A stretch of 64,000 bases of DNA from positions 250,046,001-250,110,000 of the forward strand of contig OZ024741.1 in NCBI GenBank assembly GCA_964016885.1, in the 5' to 3' direction. Numbering within the stretch: position 1 is the first letter of the stretch; each line of letters starts with the position of its first letter. Positions 40,001 through 54,100 of this stretch are shown here, in pieces. The stretch is from Eledone cirrhosa. Lineage: Eukaryota. The notes under the pieces were generated by a model, which saw only the letters and a list, made by a program, of their open reading frames with translations, was not told the DNA's origin and ran no database searches. The translations under genes and the position numbers were made by a program.

Positions 40001-43000
40001 AGATAATTTGTAAAAAAAAATCAGGGGGAGATAATTTGTAAAAAAATCAAGGGGAGATAATTTCCAGCCGTCCAAGGGGAGGTAATATCTAGCCATCCAA
40101 AGGGAGATAATTTCCAGCCGTCCAAGGGGAGATAATTTCCAGCCGTCCAAGGGGAGATAATATCCAGCCGTCCAAGGAGACATATTTTCCAGCCGTCCAA
40201 GGAGAGGTAATTTCTAGCCGTCCAAGGGGAGATAAGTTCCAGCCTCCAAGGGGAGATAATTTCTAGCCAGCCAAGGGGAGATAATTTGTAAAAAAATCAG
40301 GGGGAGATAATTTGTAAAAAAAAAATCAGGGGGAGATAATTTGTAAAAAAATCAGGGGGAGATAATTTGTAAAAAAAAAATCAGGGGGAGATAATTTGTA
40401 AAAAAAATCAGGGGGAGATAATTTGTAGAAAAAATCAGGGGTTGATAATTTGTAAAAAAAATCAGGGGGAGATAATTTGTAAAAAAAATCAGGGGGAGAT
40501 AATTTGTAAAAGAAATCAGGGGTAGATAATTTTCAGTCGTCCAAGGGGAGATAATTTCCATCCTTCCAAGGGGAGATAATTTCCAGCCGTCCAAGGGGAG
40601 ATAATTTCCCGCCAGCCAAGGAGAGATAACATTTAAAAAAATCAGGCGGAGATAATTTGTAAAAAAAATCAGGGGGAGATAATTTGTAAAAAAATCAGGG
40701 GGAGATAATTTGTAAAAAAAATCAGGGGTAGATAATTTCCAGCCGTCCAAGGGGAGATAATTTCCATCCTTCCAAGGGGAGATAATTTCCAGCCGTCCAA
40801 GGGGAGATAATTTCCCGCCAGCCAAGGAGAGATAATATTTAAAAAAATCAGGCGGAGATAATTTGTAAAAAAAATCAGGGGGAGATAATTTGTAAAAAAA
40901 TCAGGGGGAGATAATTTGTAAAAAAAAATCAGGGGGAGATAATTTGTAAAAAAAATCAGGGGGAGATAATTTGTAAAAAAAATCAGGGGTAGATAATTTG
41001 TAAAAAAAAATCAGGGGGAGATAATTTGTAAAAAAAAAATCAGGGGGAGATAATTTGTAAAAAAATCAAGGTGAGATAATTTCCAGCCGTCCAAGGGGAG
41101 ATAATTTTCAGCCGTCCAAGGAGAGGTAATTGCTAGCCGTCCAAGGGGAGATAATTTCCAGCCGTCCAAGGGGAGATAATTTTTTTAAAAAAATCAGGCG
41201 GAGATAATTTGTAAACAAAAATCAGGGGGAGATAATTTGTAAAAAAAAATCAGGGGGAGATAATTTGTAAAAAAAAATCAGGGGGAGATAATTTGTAAAA
41301 AAAATCAAGGGGAGATAATTTCCAGCCGTCCAAGGGGAGGTAATATCTAGCCATCCAAGGGGAGATAATTTCCAGCCGTCCAAGGGGAGATAATTTCCAG
41401 CCGTCCAAGGGGAGATAATATCCAGCCGTCCAAGGAGACATATTTTCCAGCCGTCCAAGGAGAGGTAATTTCTAGCCGTCCAAGGGGAGATAAGTTCCAG
41501 CCTCCAAGGGGAGATAATTTCCAGCCAGCCAAGGGGAGATAATTTGTAAAAAAATCAGGGGGAGATAATTTGTAAAAAAAAATCAGGGGGAGATAATTTG
41601 TAAAAAAATCAGGGGGAGATAATTTGTAAAAAAAAAATCAGGGGGAGATAATTTGTAAAAAAAATCAGGGGGAGATAATTTGTAAAAAAATCAGGGGTAG
41701 ATAATTTGTAAAAAAAATCAGGGGGAGATAATTTGTAAAAAAAATCAGGGGGAGATAATTTGTAAAAAAAATCAGGGGTAGATAATTTTCAGCCGTCCAA
41801 GGGGAGATAATTTCCATCCTTCCAAGGGGAGATAATTTCCAGCCGTCCAAGGGGAGATAATTTCCCGCCAGCCAAGGAGAGATAACATTTAAAAAAATCA
41901 GGCGGAGATAATTTGTAAAAAAATCAGGGGGAGATAATTTATAAAAAAAAATCAGGGGGAGATAATTTGTAAAAAAAATCAGGGGGAGATAATTTGTAAA
42001 AAAAAATCAGGGGTAGATAATTTGTAAAAAAAAATCAGGGGGAGATAATTTGTAAAAAAAAATCAGGGGGAGATAATTTGTAAAAAAATCAAGGGGAGAT
42101 AATTTCCAGCCGTCCAAGGGGAGATAATTTTCAGCCGTCCAAGGAGAGGTAATTTCTAGCCGTCCAAGGGGAGATAATTTCCAGCCGTCCAAGGGGAGAT
42201 AATTTTTTTAAAAAAATCAGGCGGAGATAATTTGTAAACAAAAATCAGGGGGAGATAATTTGTAAAAAAAAATCAGGGGGAGATAATTTGTAAAAAAAAA
42301 TCAGGGGGAGATGATTTGTAAAAAAAATCAAGGGGAGATAATTTCCAGCCGTCCAAGGGGAGGTAATATCTAGCCATCCAAGGGGAGATAATTTCCAGCC
42401 GTCCAAGGGGAGATAATTTCCAGCCGTCCAAGGGGAGATAATATCCAGCCGTCCAAGGAGACATATTTTCCAGCCGTCCAAGGAGACGTAATTTCTAGCC
42501 GTCCAAGGGGAGATAAGTTCCAGCCTCCAAGGGGAGATAATTTCCAGCCAGCCAAGGGGAGATAATTTGTAAAAAAATCAGGGGAGATAATTTGTAAAAA
42601 AAATCAGGGGGAGATAATTTGTAAAAAAAAATCAGGGGTAGATAATTTGTAAAAAAAATCAGGGGGAGATAATTTGTAAAAAAAAAATCAGGGGGAGATA
42701 ATTTGTAAAAAAATCAAGGGGAGATAATTTCCAACCGTCCAAGGGGAGATAATTTTCAGCCGTCCAAGGAGGTAATTTCTAGCCGTCCAAGGGGAGATAA
42801 TTTCCAGCCGTCAAAGGGGAGATAATTTTTTTAAAAAAATCAGGCGGAGATATTTTGTAAACAAAAATCAGGGGGAGATAATTTGTAAAAAAAAATCAGG
42901 GGGAGATAATTTGTAAAAAAAATCAGGGGGAGATAATTTGTAAAAAAAATCAAGGGGAGATAATTTCCAGCCGTCCATGGGGAGGTAATATCTAGCCATC

Positions 43001-46000
43001 CAAAGGGAGATAATTTCCAGCCGTCCAAGGGGAGATAATTTCCAGCCGTCCAAGGGGAGATAATATCCAGCCGTCCAAGGAGACATATTTTCCAGCCGTC
43101 CAAGGAGAGGTAATTTCTAGCCGTCCAAGGGGAGATAAGTTCCAGCCTCCAAGGGGAGATAATTTCCAGCCAGCCAAGGGGAGATAATTTGTAAAAAAAT
43201 CAGGGGGAGATAATTTGTAAAAAAAAAATCAGGGGGAGATAATTTGTAAAAAAATCAGGGGGAGATAATTTGTAAAAAAAAAATCAGGGGGAGATAATTT
43301 GTAAAAAAAATCAGGGGGAGATAATTTGTAGAAAAAATCAGGGGTAGATAATTTGTAAAAAAAATCAGGGGGAGATAATTTGTAAAAAAAATCAGGGGGA
43401 GATAATTTGTAAAAAAAATCAGGGGTAGATAATTTTCAGCCGTCCAAGGGGAGATAATTTCCATCCTTCCAAGGGGAGATAATTTCCAGCCGTCCAAGGG
43501 GAGATAATTTCCCGCCAGCCAAGGAGAGATAACATTTAAAAAAATCAGGCGGAGATAATTTGTAAAAAAAATCAGGGGGAGATAATTTGTAAAAAAATCA
43601 GGGGGAGATAATTTGTAAAAAAAATCAGGGGTAGATAATTTCCAGCCGTCCAAGGGGAGATAATTTCCATCCTTCCAAGGGGAGATAATTTCCAGCCGTC
43701 CAAGGGGAGATAATTTCCCGCCAGCCAAGGAGAGATAACATTTAAAAAAATCAGGCGGAGATAATTTGTAAAAAAAATCAGGGGGAGATAATTTGTAAAA
43801 AAATCAGGGGGAGATAATTTGTAAAAAAAATCAGGGGTAGATAATTTCCAGCCGTCCAAGGGGAGATAATTTCCATCCTTCCAAGGGGAGATAATTTCCA
43901 GCCGTCCAAGGGGAGATAATTTCCCGCCAGCCAAGGAGAGATAATATTTAAAAAAATCAGGCGGAGATAATTTGTAAAAAAAATCAGGGGGAGATAATTT
44001 GTAAAAAAATCAGGGGGAGATAATTTGTAAAAAAAATCAGGGGGAGATAATTTGTAAAAAAAAATCAGGGGTAGATAATTTGTAAAAAAAAATCAGGGGG
44101 AGATAATTTGTAAAAAAAAAATCAGGGGGAGATAATTTGTAAAAAAATCAAGGGGAGATAATTTCCAGCCGTCCAAGGGGAGATAATTTTCAGCCGTCCA
44201 AGGAGGTAATTTCTAGCCGTCCAAGGGGAGATAATTTCCAGCCGTCCAAGGGGAGATAATTTTTTTAAAAAAATCAGGCGGAGATAATTTGTAAACAAAA
44301 ATCAGGGGGAGATAATTTGTAAAAAAAAATCAGGGGGAGATAATTTGTAAAAAAAAATCAGGGGGAGATAAATTGTAAAAAAAATCAAGGGGAGATAATT
44401 TCCAGCCGTCCAAGGGGAGGTAATATCTAGCCATCCAAGGGGAGATAATTTCCAGCCGTCCAAGGGGAGATAATTTCCAGCCGTCCAAGGGGAGATAATA
44501 TCCAGCCGTCCAAGGAGACATATTTTCCAGCCGTCCAAGGAGAGGTAATTTCTAGCCGTCCAAGGGGAGATAAGTTCCAGCCTCCAAGGGGAGATAATTT
44601 CCAGCCAGCCAAGGGGAGATAATTTGTAAAAAAATCAGGGGGAGATAATTTGTAAAAAAAAATCAGGGGGAGATAATTTGTAAAAAAATCAGGGGGAGAT
44701 AATTTGTAAAAAAAAAATCAGGGGGAGATAATTTGTAAAAAAAATCAGGGGGAGATAATTTGTAGAAAAAATCAGGGGTAGATAATTTGTAAAAAAAATC
44801 AGGGGGAGATAATTTGTAAAAAAAATCAGGGGGAGATAATTTGCAAAAAAAATCAGGGGTAGATAATTTTCAGCCGTCCAAGGGGAGATAATTTCCATCC
44901 TTCCAAGGGGAGATAATTTCCAGCCGTCCAAGGGGAGATAATTTCCCGCCAGCCAAGGAGAGATAACATTTAAAAAAATCAGGCGGAGATAATTTGTAAA
45001 AAAAATCAGGGGGAGATAATTTGTAAAAAAATCAGGGGGAGATAATTTGTAAAAAAAATCAGGGGTAGATAATTTCCAGCCGTCCAAGGGGAGATAATTT
45101 CCATCCTTCCAAGGGGAGATAATTTCCAGCCGTCCAAGGGGAGATAATTTCCCGCCAGCCAAGGAGAGATAATATTTAAAAAAATCAGGCGGAGATAATT
45201 TGTAAAAAAAATCAGGGGGAGATAATTTGTAAAAAAATCAGGGGGAGATAATTTGTAAAAAAAAATCAGGGGGAGATAATTTGTAAAAAAAATCAGGGGG
45301 AGATAATTTGTAAAAAAAATCAGGGGTAGATAATTTGTAAAAAAAAATCAGGGGGAGATAATTTGTAAAAAAAAAATCAGGGGGAGATAATTTGTAAAAA
45401 AATCAAGGGGAGATAATTTCCAGCCGTCCAAGGGGAGATAATTTTCAGCCGTCCAAGGAGAGGTAATTTCTAGCCGTCCAAGGGGAGATAATTTCCAGCC
45501 GTCCAAGGGGAGATAATTTTTTTTAAAAAATCAGGCGGAGATAATTTGTAAACAAAAATCAGGGGGAGATAATTTGTAAAAAAAAATCAGGGGGAGATAA
45601 TTTGTAAAAAAAAATCAAGGGGAGATAATTTCCAGCCGTCCAAGGGGAGGTAATATCTAGCCATCCAAGGGGAGATAATTTCCAGCCGTCCAAGGGGAGA
45701 TATTTTCCAGCCGTCCAAGGAGAGGTAATTTCTAGCCGTCCAAGGGGAGATAAGTTCCTGCCTCCAAGGGGAGATAATTTCCAGCCAGCCAAGGGGAGAT
45801 AATTTGTAAAAAAATCAGGGGGAGATAATTTGTAAAAAAAAAATCAGGGGGAGATAATTTGTAAAAAAATCAGGGGGAGATAATTTGTAAAAAAAAAATC
45901 AGGGGGAGATAATTTGTAAAAAAAATCAGGGGGAGATAATTTGTAAAAAAAATCAGGGGTAGATAATTTGTAAAAAAAATCAGGGGGAGATAATTTGTAA

Positions 46001-49000
46001 AAAAAATCAGGGGGAGATAATTTGTAAAAAAAATCAGGGGTAGATAATTTTCAGCCCTCCAAGGGGAGATAATTTCCATCCTTCCAAGGGGAGATAATTT
46101 CCAGCCGTCCAAGGGGAGATAATTTCCCGCCAGCCAAGGAGAGATAACATTTAAAAAAATCAGGCGGAGATAATTTGTAAAAAAAATCAGGGGGAGATAA
46201 TTTGTAAAAAAATTAGGGGGAGATAATTTGTAAAAAAAATCAGGGGTAGATAATTTCCAGCCGTCCAAGGGGAGATAATTTCCATCCTTCCAAGGGGAGA
46301 TAATTTCCAGCCGTCCAAGGGGAGATAATTTCCCGCCAGCCAAGGAGAGATAATATTTAAAAAAATCAGGCGGAGATAATTTGTAAAAAAAATCAGGGGG
46401 AGATAATTTGTAAAAAAATCAGGGGGAGATAATTTGTAAAAAAAAATCAGGGGGAGATAATTTGTAAAAAAAATCAGGGGGAGATAATTTGTAAAAAAAA
46501 TCAGGGGTAGATAATTTGTAAAAAAAAATCAGGGGGAGATAATTTGTAAAAAAAAATCAGGGGGAGATAATTTGTAAAAAAATCAAGGGGAGATAATTTC
46601 CAGCCGTCCAAGGGGAGATAATTTTCAGCCGTCCAAGGAGAGGTAATTTCTAGCCGTCCAAGGGGAGATAATTTCCAGCCGTCCAAGGGGAGATAATTTT
46701 TTTTAAAAAATCAGGCGGAGATAATTTGTAAACAAAAATCAGGGGGAGATAATTTGTAAAAAAAAATCAGGGGGAGATAATTTGTAAAAAAAAATCAGGG
46801 GGAGATAATTTGTAAAAAAAATCAAGGGGAGATAATTTCCAGCCGTCCAAGGGGAGGTAATATCTAGCCATCCAAGGGGAGATAATTTCCAGCCGTCCAA
46901 GGGGAGATAATTTCCAGCCGTCCAAGGGGAGATAATATCCAGCCGTCCAAGGAGACATATTTTCCAGCCGTCCAAGGAGACGTAATTTCTAGCCGTCCAA
47001 GGGGAGATAAGTTCCAGCCTCCAAGGGGAGATAATTTCCAGCCAGCCAAGGGGAGATAATTTGTAAAAAAATTAGGGGGAGATAATTTGTAAAAAAAAAT
47101 TAGGGGGAGATAATTTGTAAAAAAAAATCAGGGGGAGATAATTTGTAAAAAAAAATCAGGGGGAGATAATTTGTAAAAAAAAATCAGGGGGAGATAATTT
47201 GTAAAAAAAAAATCAGGCGGAGATAATTTGTAAAAAAATCAAGGGGAGATAATTTCCAGCCGTCCAAGGGGAGATAATTTTCAGCCGTCCAAGGAGAGGT
47301 AATTTCTAGCCGTCCAAGGGGAGATAATTTCCAGCCGTCCAAGGGGAGATAATTTTTTTAAAAAAATCAGGCGGAGATAATTTGTAAACAAAAATCAGGG
47401 GGAGATAATTTGTAAAAAAAAATCAGGGGGAGATAATTTGTAAAAAAAATCAGGGGGAGATAATTTGTAAAAAAAATCAAGGGGAGATAATTTGTAAAAA
47501 AAAATCAGGGGTAGATAATTTGTAAAAAAAAATCAGGGGGAGATAATTTGTAAAAAAAAAATCAGGGGGAGATAATTTGTAAAAAAATCAAGGGGAGATA
47601 ATTTCCAGCCGTCCAAGGGGAGATAATTTTAAGCCGTCCAAGGAGAGGTAATTTCTAGCCGTCCAAGGGGAGATAATTTCCAGCCAGCCAAGGGGAGATA
47701 ATTTGTAAAAAAATCAGGGGTAGATAATTTGTAAAAAAAAATCAGGGGGAGATAATTTGTAAAAAAAATCAGGGGGAGATAATTTGTAAAAAAAATCAGG
47801 GGTAGATAATTTCCAGCCGTCCAAGGGGAGATAATTTCCATCCTTCCAAGGGGAGATAATTTCCAGCCGTCCAAGGGGAGACAATTTCCCGCCAGCCAAG
47901 GAGAGATAACATTTAAAAAAATCAGGCGGAGATAATTTGTAAAAAAAATCAGGGGGAGATAATTTGTAAAAAAATCAGGGGGAGATAATTTGTAAAAAAA
48001 ATCAGGGGTAGATAATTTCCAGCCGTCCAAGGGGAGATAATTTCCATCCTTCCAAGGGGAGATAATTTCCAGCCGTCCAAGGGGAGATAATTTCCCGCCA
48101 GCCAAGGAGAGATAATATTTAAAAAAATCAGGCGGAGATAATTTGTAAAAAAAATCAGGGGGAGATAATTTGTAAAAAAATCAGGGGGAGATAATTTGTA
48201 AAAAAAAATCAGGGGAGATAATTTGTAAAAAAAATCAGGGGGTGATAATTTGTAAAAAAAATCAGGGGTAGATAATTTGTAAAAAAAAATCAGGGGGAGA
48301 TAATTTGTAAAAAAAAAATCAGGGGGAGATAATTTGTAAAAAAATCAAGGGGAGATAATTTCCAACCGTCCAAGGGGAGATAATTTTCAGCCGTCCAAGG
48401 AGGTAATTTCTAGCCGTCCAAGGGGAGATAATTTCCAGCCGTCCAAGGGGAGATAATTTTTTTAAAAAAATCAGGCGGAGATAATTTGTAAACAAAAATC
48501 AGGGGGAGATAATTTGTAAAAAAAAATCAGGGGGAGATAATTTGTAAAAAAAATCAAGGGGAGATAATTTCCAGCCGTCCAAGGGGAGGTAATATCTAGC
48601 CATCCAAAGGGAGATAATTTCCAGCCGTCCAAGGGGAGATAATTTCCAGCCGTCCAAGGGGAGATAATATCCAGCCGTCCAAGGAGACATATTTTCCAGC
48701 CGTCCAAGGAGAGGTAATTTCTAGCCGTCCAAGGGGAGATAAGTTCCAGCCTCCAAGGGGAGATAATTTCCAGCCAGCCAAGGGGAGATAATTTGTAAAA
48801 AAATCAGGGGGAGATAATTTGTAAAAAAAAAATCAGGGGGAGATAATTTGTAAAAAAATCAGGGGGAGATAATTTGTAAAAAAAAAATCAGGGGGAGATA
48901 ATTTGTAAAAAAAATCAGGGGGAGATAATTTGTAGAAAAAATCAGGGGTTGATAATTTGTAAAAAAAATCAGGGGGAGATAATTTGTAAAAAAAATCAGG

Positions 49001-52000
49001 GGGAGATAATTTGTAAAAGAAATCAGGGGTAGATAATTTTCAGTCGTCCAAGGGGAGATAATTTCGATCCTTCCAAGGGGAGATAATTTCCAGCTGTCCA
49101 AGGGGAGATAATTTCCCGCCAGCCAAGGAGAGATAACATTTAAAAAAATCAGGCGGAGATAATTTGTAAAAAAAATCAGGGGGAGATAATTTGTAAAAAA
49201 ATCAGGGGGAGATAATTTGTAAAAAAAATCAGGGGTAGATAATTTCCAGCCGTCCAAGGGGAGATAATTTCCATCCTTCCAAGGGGAGATAATTTCCAGC
49301 CGTCCAAGGGGAGATAATTTCCCGCCAGCCAAGGAGAGATAATATTTAAAAAAATCAGGCGGAGATAATTTGTAAAAAAAATCAGGGGGAGATAATTTGT
49401 AAAAAAATCAGGGGGAGATAATTTGTAAAAAAAAATCAGGGGGAGATAATTTGTAAAAAAAATCAGGGGGAGATAATTTGTAAAAAAAATCAGGGGTAGA
49501 TAATTTGTAAAAAAAAATCAGGGGGAGATAATTTGTAAAAAAAAAATCAGGGGGAGATAATTTGTAAAAAAATCAAGGTGAGATAATTTCCAGCCGTCCA
49601 AGGGGAGATAATTTTCAGCCGTCCAAGGAGAGGTAATTGCTAGCCGTCCAAGGGGAGATAATTTCCAGCCGTCCAAGGGGAGATAATTTTTTTAAAAAAA
49701 TCAGGCGGAGATAATTTCTAAACAAAAATCAGGGGGAGATAATTTGTAAAAAAAAATCAGGGGGAGATAATTTGTAAAAAAAAATCAGGGGGAGATAATT
49801 TGTAAAAAAAATCAAGGGGAGATAATTTCCAGCCGTCCAAGGGGAGGTAATATCTAGCCATCCAAGGGGAGATAATTTCCAGCCGTCCAAGGGGAGATAA
49901 TTTCCAGCCGTCCAAGGGGAGATAATATCCAGCCGTCCAAGGAGACATATTTTCCAGCCGTCCAAGGAGAGGTAATTTCTAGCCGTCCAAGGGGAGATAA
50001 GTTCCAGCCTCCAAGGGGAGATAATTTCCAGCCAGCCAAGGGGAGATAATTTGTAAAAAAATCAGGGGGAGATAATTTGTAAAAAAAAATCAGGGGGAGA
50101 TAATTTGTAAAAAAATCAGGGGGAGATAATTTGTAAAAAAAAAATCAGGGGGAGATAATTTGTAAAAAAAATCAGGGGGAGATAATTTGTAAAAAAATCA
50201 GGGGTAGATAATTTGTAAAAAAAATCAGGGGGAGATAATTTGTAAAAAAAATCAGGGGGAGATAATTTGTAAAAAAAATCAGGGGTAGATAATTTTCAGC
50301 CGTCCAAGGGGAGATAATTTCCATCCTTCCAAGGGGAGATAATTTCCAGCCGTCCAAGGGGAGATAATTTCCCGCCAGCCAAGGAGAGATAACATTTAAA
50401 AAAATCAGGCGGAGATAATTTGTAAAAAAATCAGGGGGAGATAATTTATAAAAAAAAATCAGGGGGAGATAATTTGTAAAAAAAATCAGGGGGAGATAAT
50501 TTGTAAAAAAAAATCAGGGGTAGATAATTTGTAAAAAAAAATCAGGGGGAGATAATTTGTAAAAAAAAATCAGGGGGAGATAATTTGTAAAAAAATCAAG
50601 GGGAGATAATTTCCAGCCGTCCAAGGGGAGATAATTTTCAGCCGTCCAAGGAGAGGTAATTTCTAGCCGTCCAAGGGGAGATAATTTCCAGCCGTCCAAG
50701 GGGAGATAATTTTTTTAAAAAAATCAGGCGGAGATAATTTGTAAACAAAAATCAGGGGGAGATAATTTGTAAAAAAAAATCAGGGGGAGATAATTTGTAA
50801 AAAAAAATCAGGGGGAGATGATTTGTAAAAAAAATCAAGGGGAGATAATTTCCAGCCGTCCAAGGGGAGGTAATATCTAGCCATCCAAGGGGAGATAATT
50901 TCCAGCCGTCCAAGGGGAGATAATTTCCAGCCGTCCAAGGGGAGATAATATCCAGCCGTCCAAGGAGACATATTTTCCAGCCGTCCAAGGAGACGTAATT
51001 TCTAGCCGTCCAAGGGGAGATAAGTTCCAGCCTCCAAGGGGAGATAATTTCCAGCCAGCCAAGGGGAGATAATTTGTAAAAAAATCAGGGGAGATAATTT
51101 GTAAAAAAAATCAGGGGGAGATAATTTGTAAAAAAAAATCAGGGGTAGATAATTTGTAAAAAAAATCAGGGGGAGATAATTTGTAAAAAAAAAATCAGGG
51201 GGAGATAATTTGTAAAAAATTCAAGGGGAGATAATTTCCAACCGTCCAAGGGGAGATAATTTTCAGCCGTCCAAGGAGGTAATTTCTAGCCGTCCAAGGG
51301 GAGATAATTTCCAGCCGTCCAAGGGGAGATAATTTTTTTAAAAAAATCAGGCGGAGATAATTTGTAAACAAAAATCAGGGGGAGATAATTTGTAAAAAAA
51401 AATCAGGGGGAGATAATTTGTAAAAAAAATCAGGGGGAGATAATTTGTAAAAAAAATCAAGGGGAGATAATTTCCAGCCGTCCAAGGGGAGGTAATATCT
51501 AGCCATCCAAAGGGAGATAATTTCCAGCCGTCCAAGGGGAGATAATTTCCAGCCGTCCAAGGGGAGATAATATCCAGCCGTCCAAGGAGACATATTTTCC
51601 AGCCGTCCAAGGAGAGGTAATTTCTAGCCGTCCAAGGGGAGATAAGTTCCAGCCTCCAAGGGGAGATAATTTCCAGCCAGCCAAGGGGAGATAATTTGTA
51701 AAAAAATCAGGGGGAGATAATTTGTAAAAAAAAAATCAGGGGGAGATAATTTGTAAAAAAATCAGGGGGAGATAATTTGTAAAAAAAAAATCAGGGGGAG
51801 ATAATTTGTAAAAAAAATCAGGGGGAGATAATTTGTAGAAAAAATCAGGGGTAGATAATTTGTAAAAAAAATCAGGGGAGATAATTTGTAAAAAAAATCA
51901 GGGGGAGATAATTTGTAAAATAAATCAGGGGTAGATAATTTTCAGCCGTCCAAGGGGAGATAATTTCCATCCTTCCAAGGGGAGATAATTTCCAGCCGTC

Positions 52001-54100
52001 CAAGGGGAGATAATTTCCCGCCAGCCAAGGAGAGATAACATTTAAAAACATCAGGCGGAGATAATTTGTAAAAAAAATCAGGGGGAGATAATTTGTAAAA
52101 AAATCAGGGGGAGATAATTTGTAAAAAAAATCAGGGGTAGATAATTTCCAGCCGTCCAAGGGGAGATAATTTCCATCCTTCCAAGGGGAGATAATTTCCA
52201 GCCGTCCAAGGGGAGATAATTTCCCGCCAGCCAAGGAGAGATAACATTTAAAAAAATCAGGCGGAGATAATTTGTAAAAAAAATCAGGGGGAGATAATTT
52301 GTTTAAAAATCAGGGGGAGATAATTTGTAAAAAAAATCAGGGGTAGATAATTTCCAGCCGTCCAAGGGGAGATAATTTCCATCCTTCCAAGGGGAGATAA
52401 TTTCCAGCCGTCCAAGGGGAGATAATTTCCCGCCAGCCAAGGAGAGATAATATTTAAAAAAATCAGGCGGAGATAATTTGTAAAAAAAATCAGGGGGAGA
52501 TAATTTGTAAAAAAATCAGGGGGAGATAATTTGTAAAAAAAAATCAGGGGAGATAATTTGTAAAAAAAATCAGGGGGAGATAATTTGTAAAAAAAAATCA
52601 GGGGTAGATAATTTGTAAAAAAAAATCAGGGGGAGATAATTTGTAAAAAAAAAATCAGGGGGAGATAATTTGTAAAAAAATCAAGGGGAGATAATTTCCA
52701 GCCGTCCAAGGGGAGATAATTTTCAGCCGTCCAAGGAGGTAATTTCTAGCCGTCCAAGGGGAGATAATTTCCAGCCGTCCAAGGGGAGATAATTTTTTTA
52801 AAAAAATCAGGCGGAGATAATTTGTAAACAAAAATCAGGGGGAGATAATTTGTAAAAAAAAATCAGGGGGAGATAATTTGTAAAAAAAAATCAGGGGGAG
52901 ATAAATTGTAAAAAAAATCAAGGGGAGATAATTTCCAGCCGTCCAAGGGGAGGTAATATCTAGCCATCCAAGGGGAGATAATTTCCAGCCGTCCAAGGGG
53001 AGATAATTTCCAGCCGTCCAAGGGGAGATAATATCCAGCCGTCCAAGGAGACATATTTTCCAGCCGTCCAAGGAGAGGTAATTTCTAGCCGTCCAAGGGG
53101 AGATAAGTTCCAGCCTCCAAGGGGAGATAATTTCCAGCCAGCCAAGGGGAGATAATTTGTAAAAAAATCAGGGGGAGATAATTTGTAAAAAAAAATCAGG
53201 GGGAGATAATTTGTAAAAAAATCAGGGGGAGATAATTTGTAAAAAAAAAATCAGGGGGAGATAATTTGTAAAAAAAATCAGGGGGAGATAATTTGTAGAA
53301 AAAATCAGGGGTAGATAATTTGTAAAAAAAATCAGGGGGAGATAATTTGTAAAAAAAATCAGGGGGAGATAATTTGCAAAAAAAATCAGGGGTAGATAAT
53401 TTTCAGCCGTCCAAGGGGAGATAATTTCCATCCTTCCAAGGGGAGATAATTTCCAGCCGTCCAAGGGGAGATAATTTCCCGCCAGCCAAGGAGAGATAAC
53501 ATTTAAAAAAATCAGGCGGAGATAATTTGTAAAAAAAATCAGGGGGAGATAATTTGTAAAAAAATCAGGGGGAGATAATTTGTAAAAAAAATCAGGGGTA
53601 GATAATTTCCAGCCGTCCAAGGGGAGATAATTTCCATCCTTCCAAGGGGAGATAATTTCCAGCCGTCCAAGGGGAGATAATTTCCCGCCAGCCAAGGAGA
53701 GATAATATTTAAAAAAATCAGGCGGAGATAATTTGTAAAAAAAATCAGGGGGAGATAATTTGTAAAAAAATCAGGGGGAGATAATTTGTAAAAAAAAATC
53801 AGGGGGAGATAATTTGTAAAAAAAATCAGGGGGAGATAATTTGTAAAAAAAATCAGGGGTAGATAATTTGTAAAAAAAAATCAGGGGGAGATAATTTGTA
53901 AAAAAAAAATCAGGGGGAGATAATTTGTAAAAAAATCAAGGGGAGATAATTTCCAGCCGTCCAAGGGGAGATAATTTTCAGCCGTCCAAGGAGAGGTAAT
54001 TTCTAGCCGTCCAAGGGGAGATAATTTCCAGCCGTCCAAGGGGAGATAATTTTTTTTAAAAAATCAGGCGGAGATAATTTGTAAACAAAAATCAGGGGGA
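37100..54100. repeat. Tandem duplication of a ~8.5-kb unit (approx. 37.1-45.6 kb and 45.6-54.1 kb; boundaries approximate)
   Basis: Offsets of 8507 (40352/48859, 41222/49729, 42007/50514, 42840/51347) and 8533 (44302/52835). Shared rare variants: GATGATTT (~42310/50817), ATAAATTGT (~44368/52891), TTTGCAAA (~44840/53373). Confidence 0.85.
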
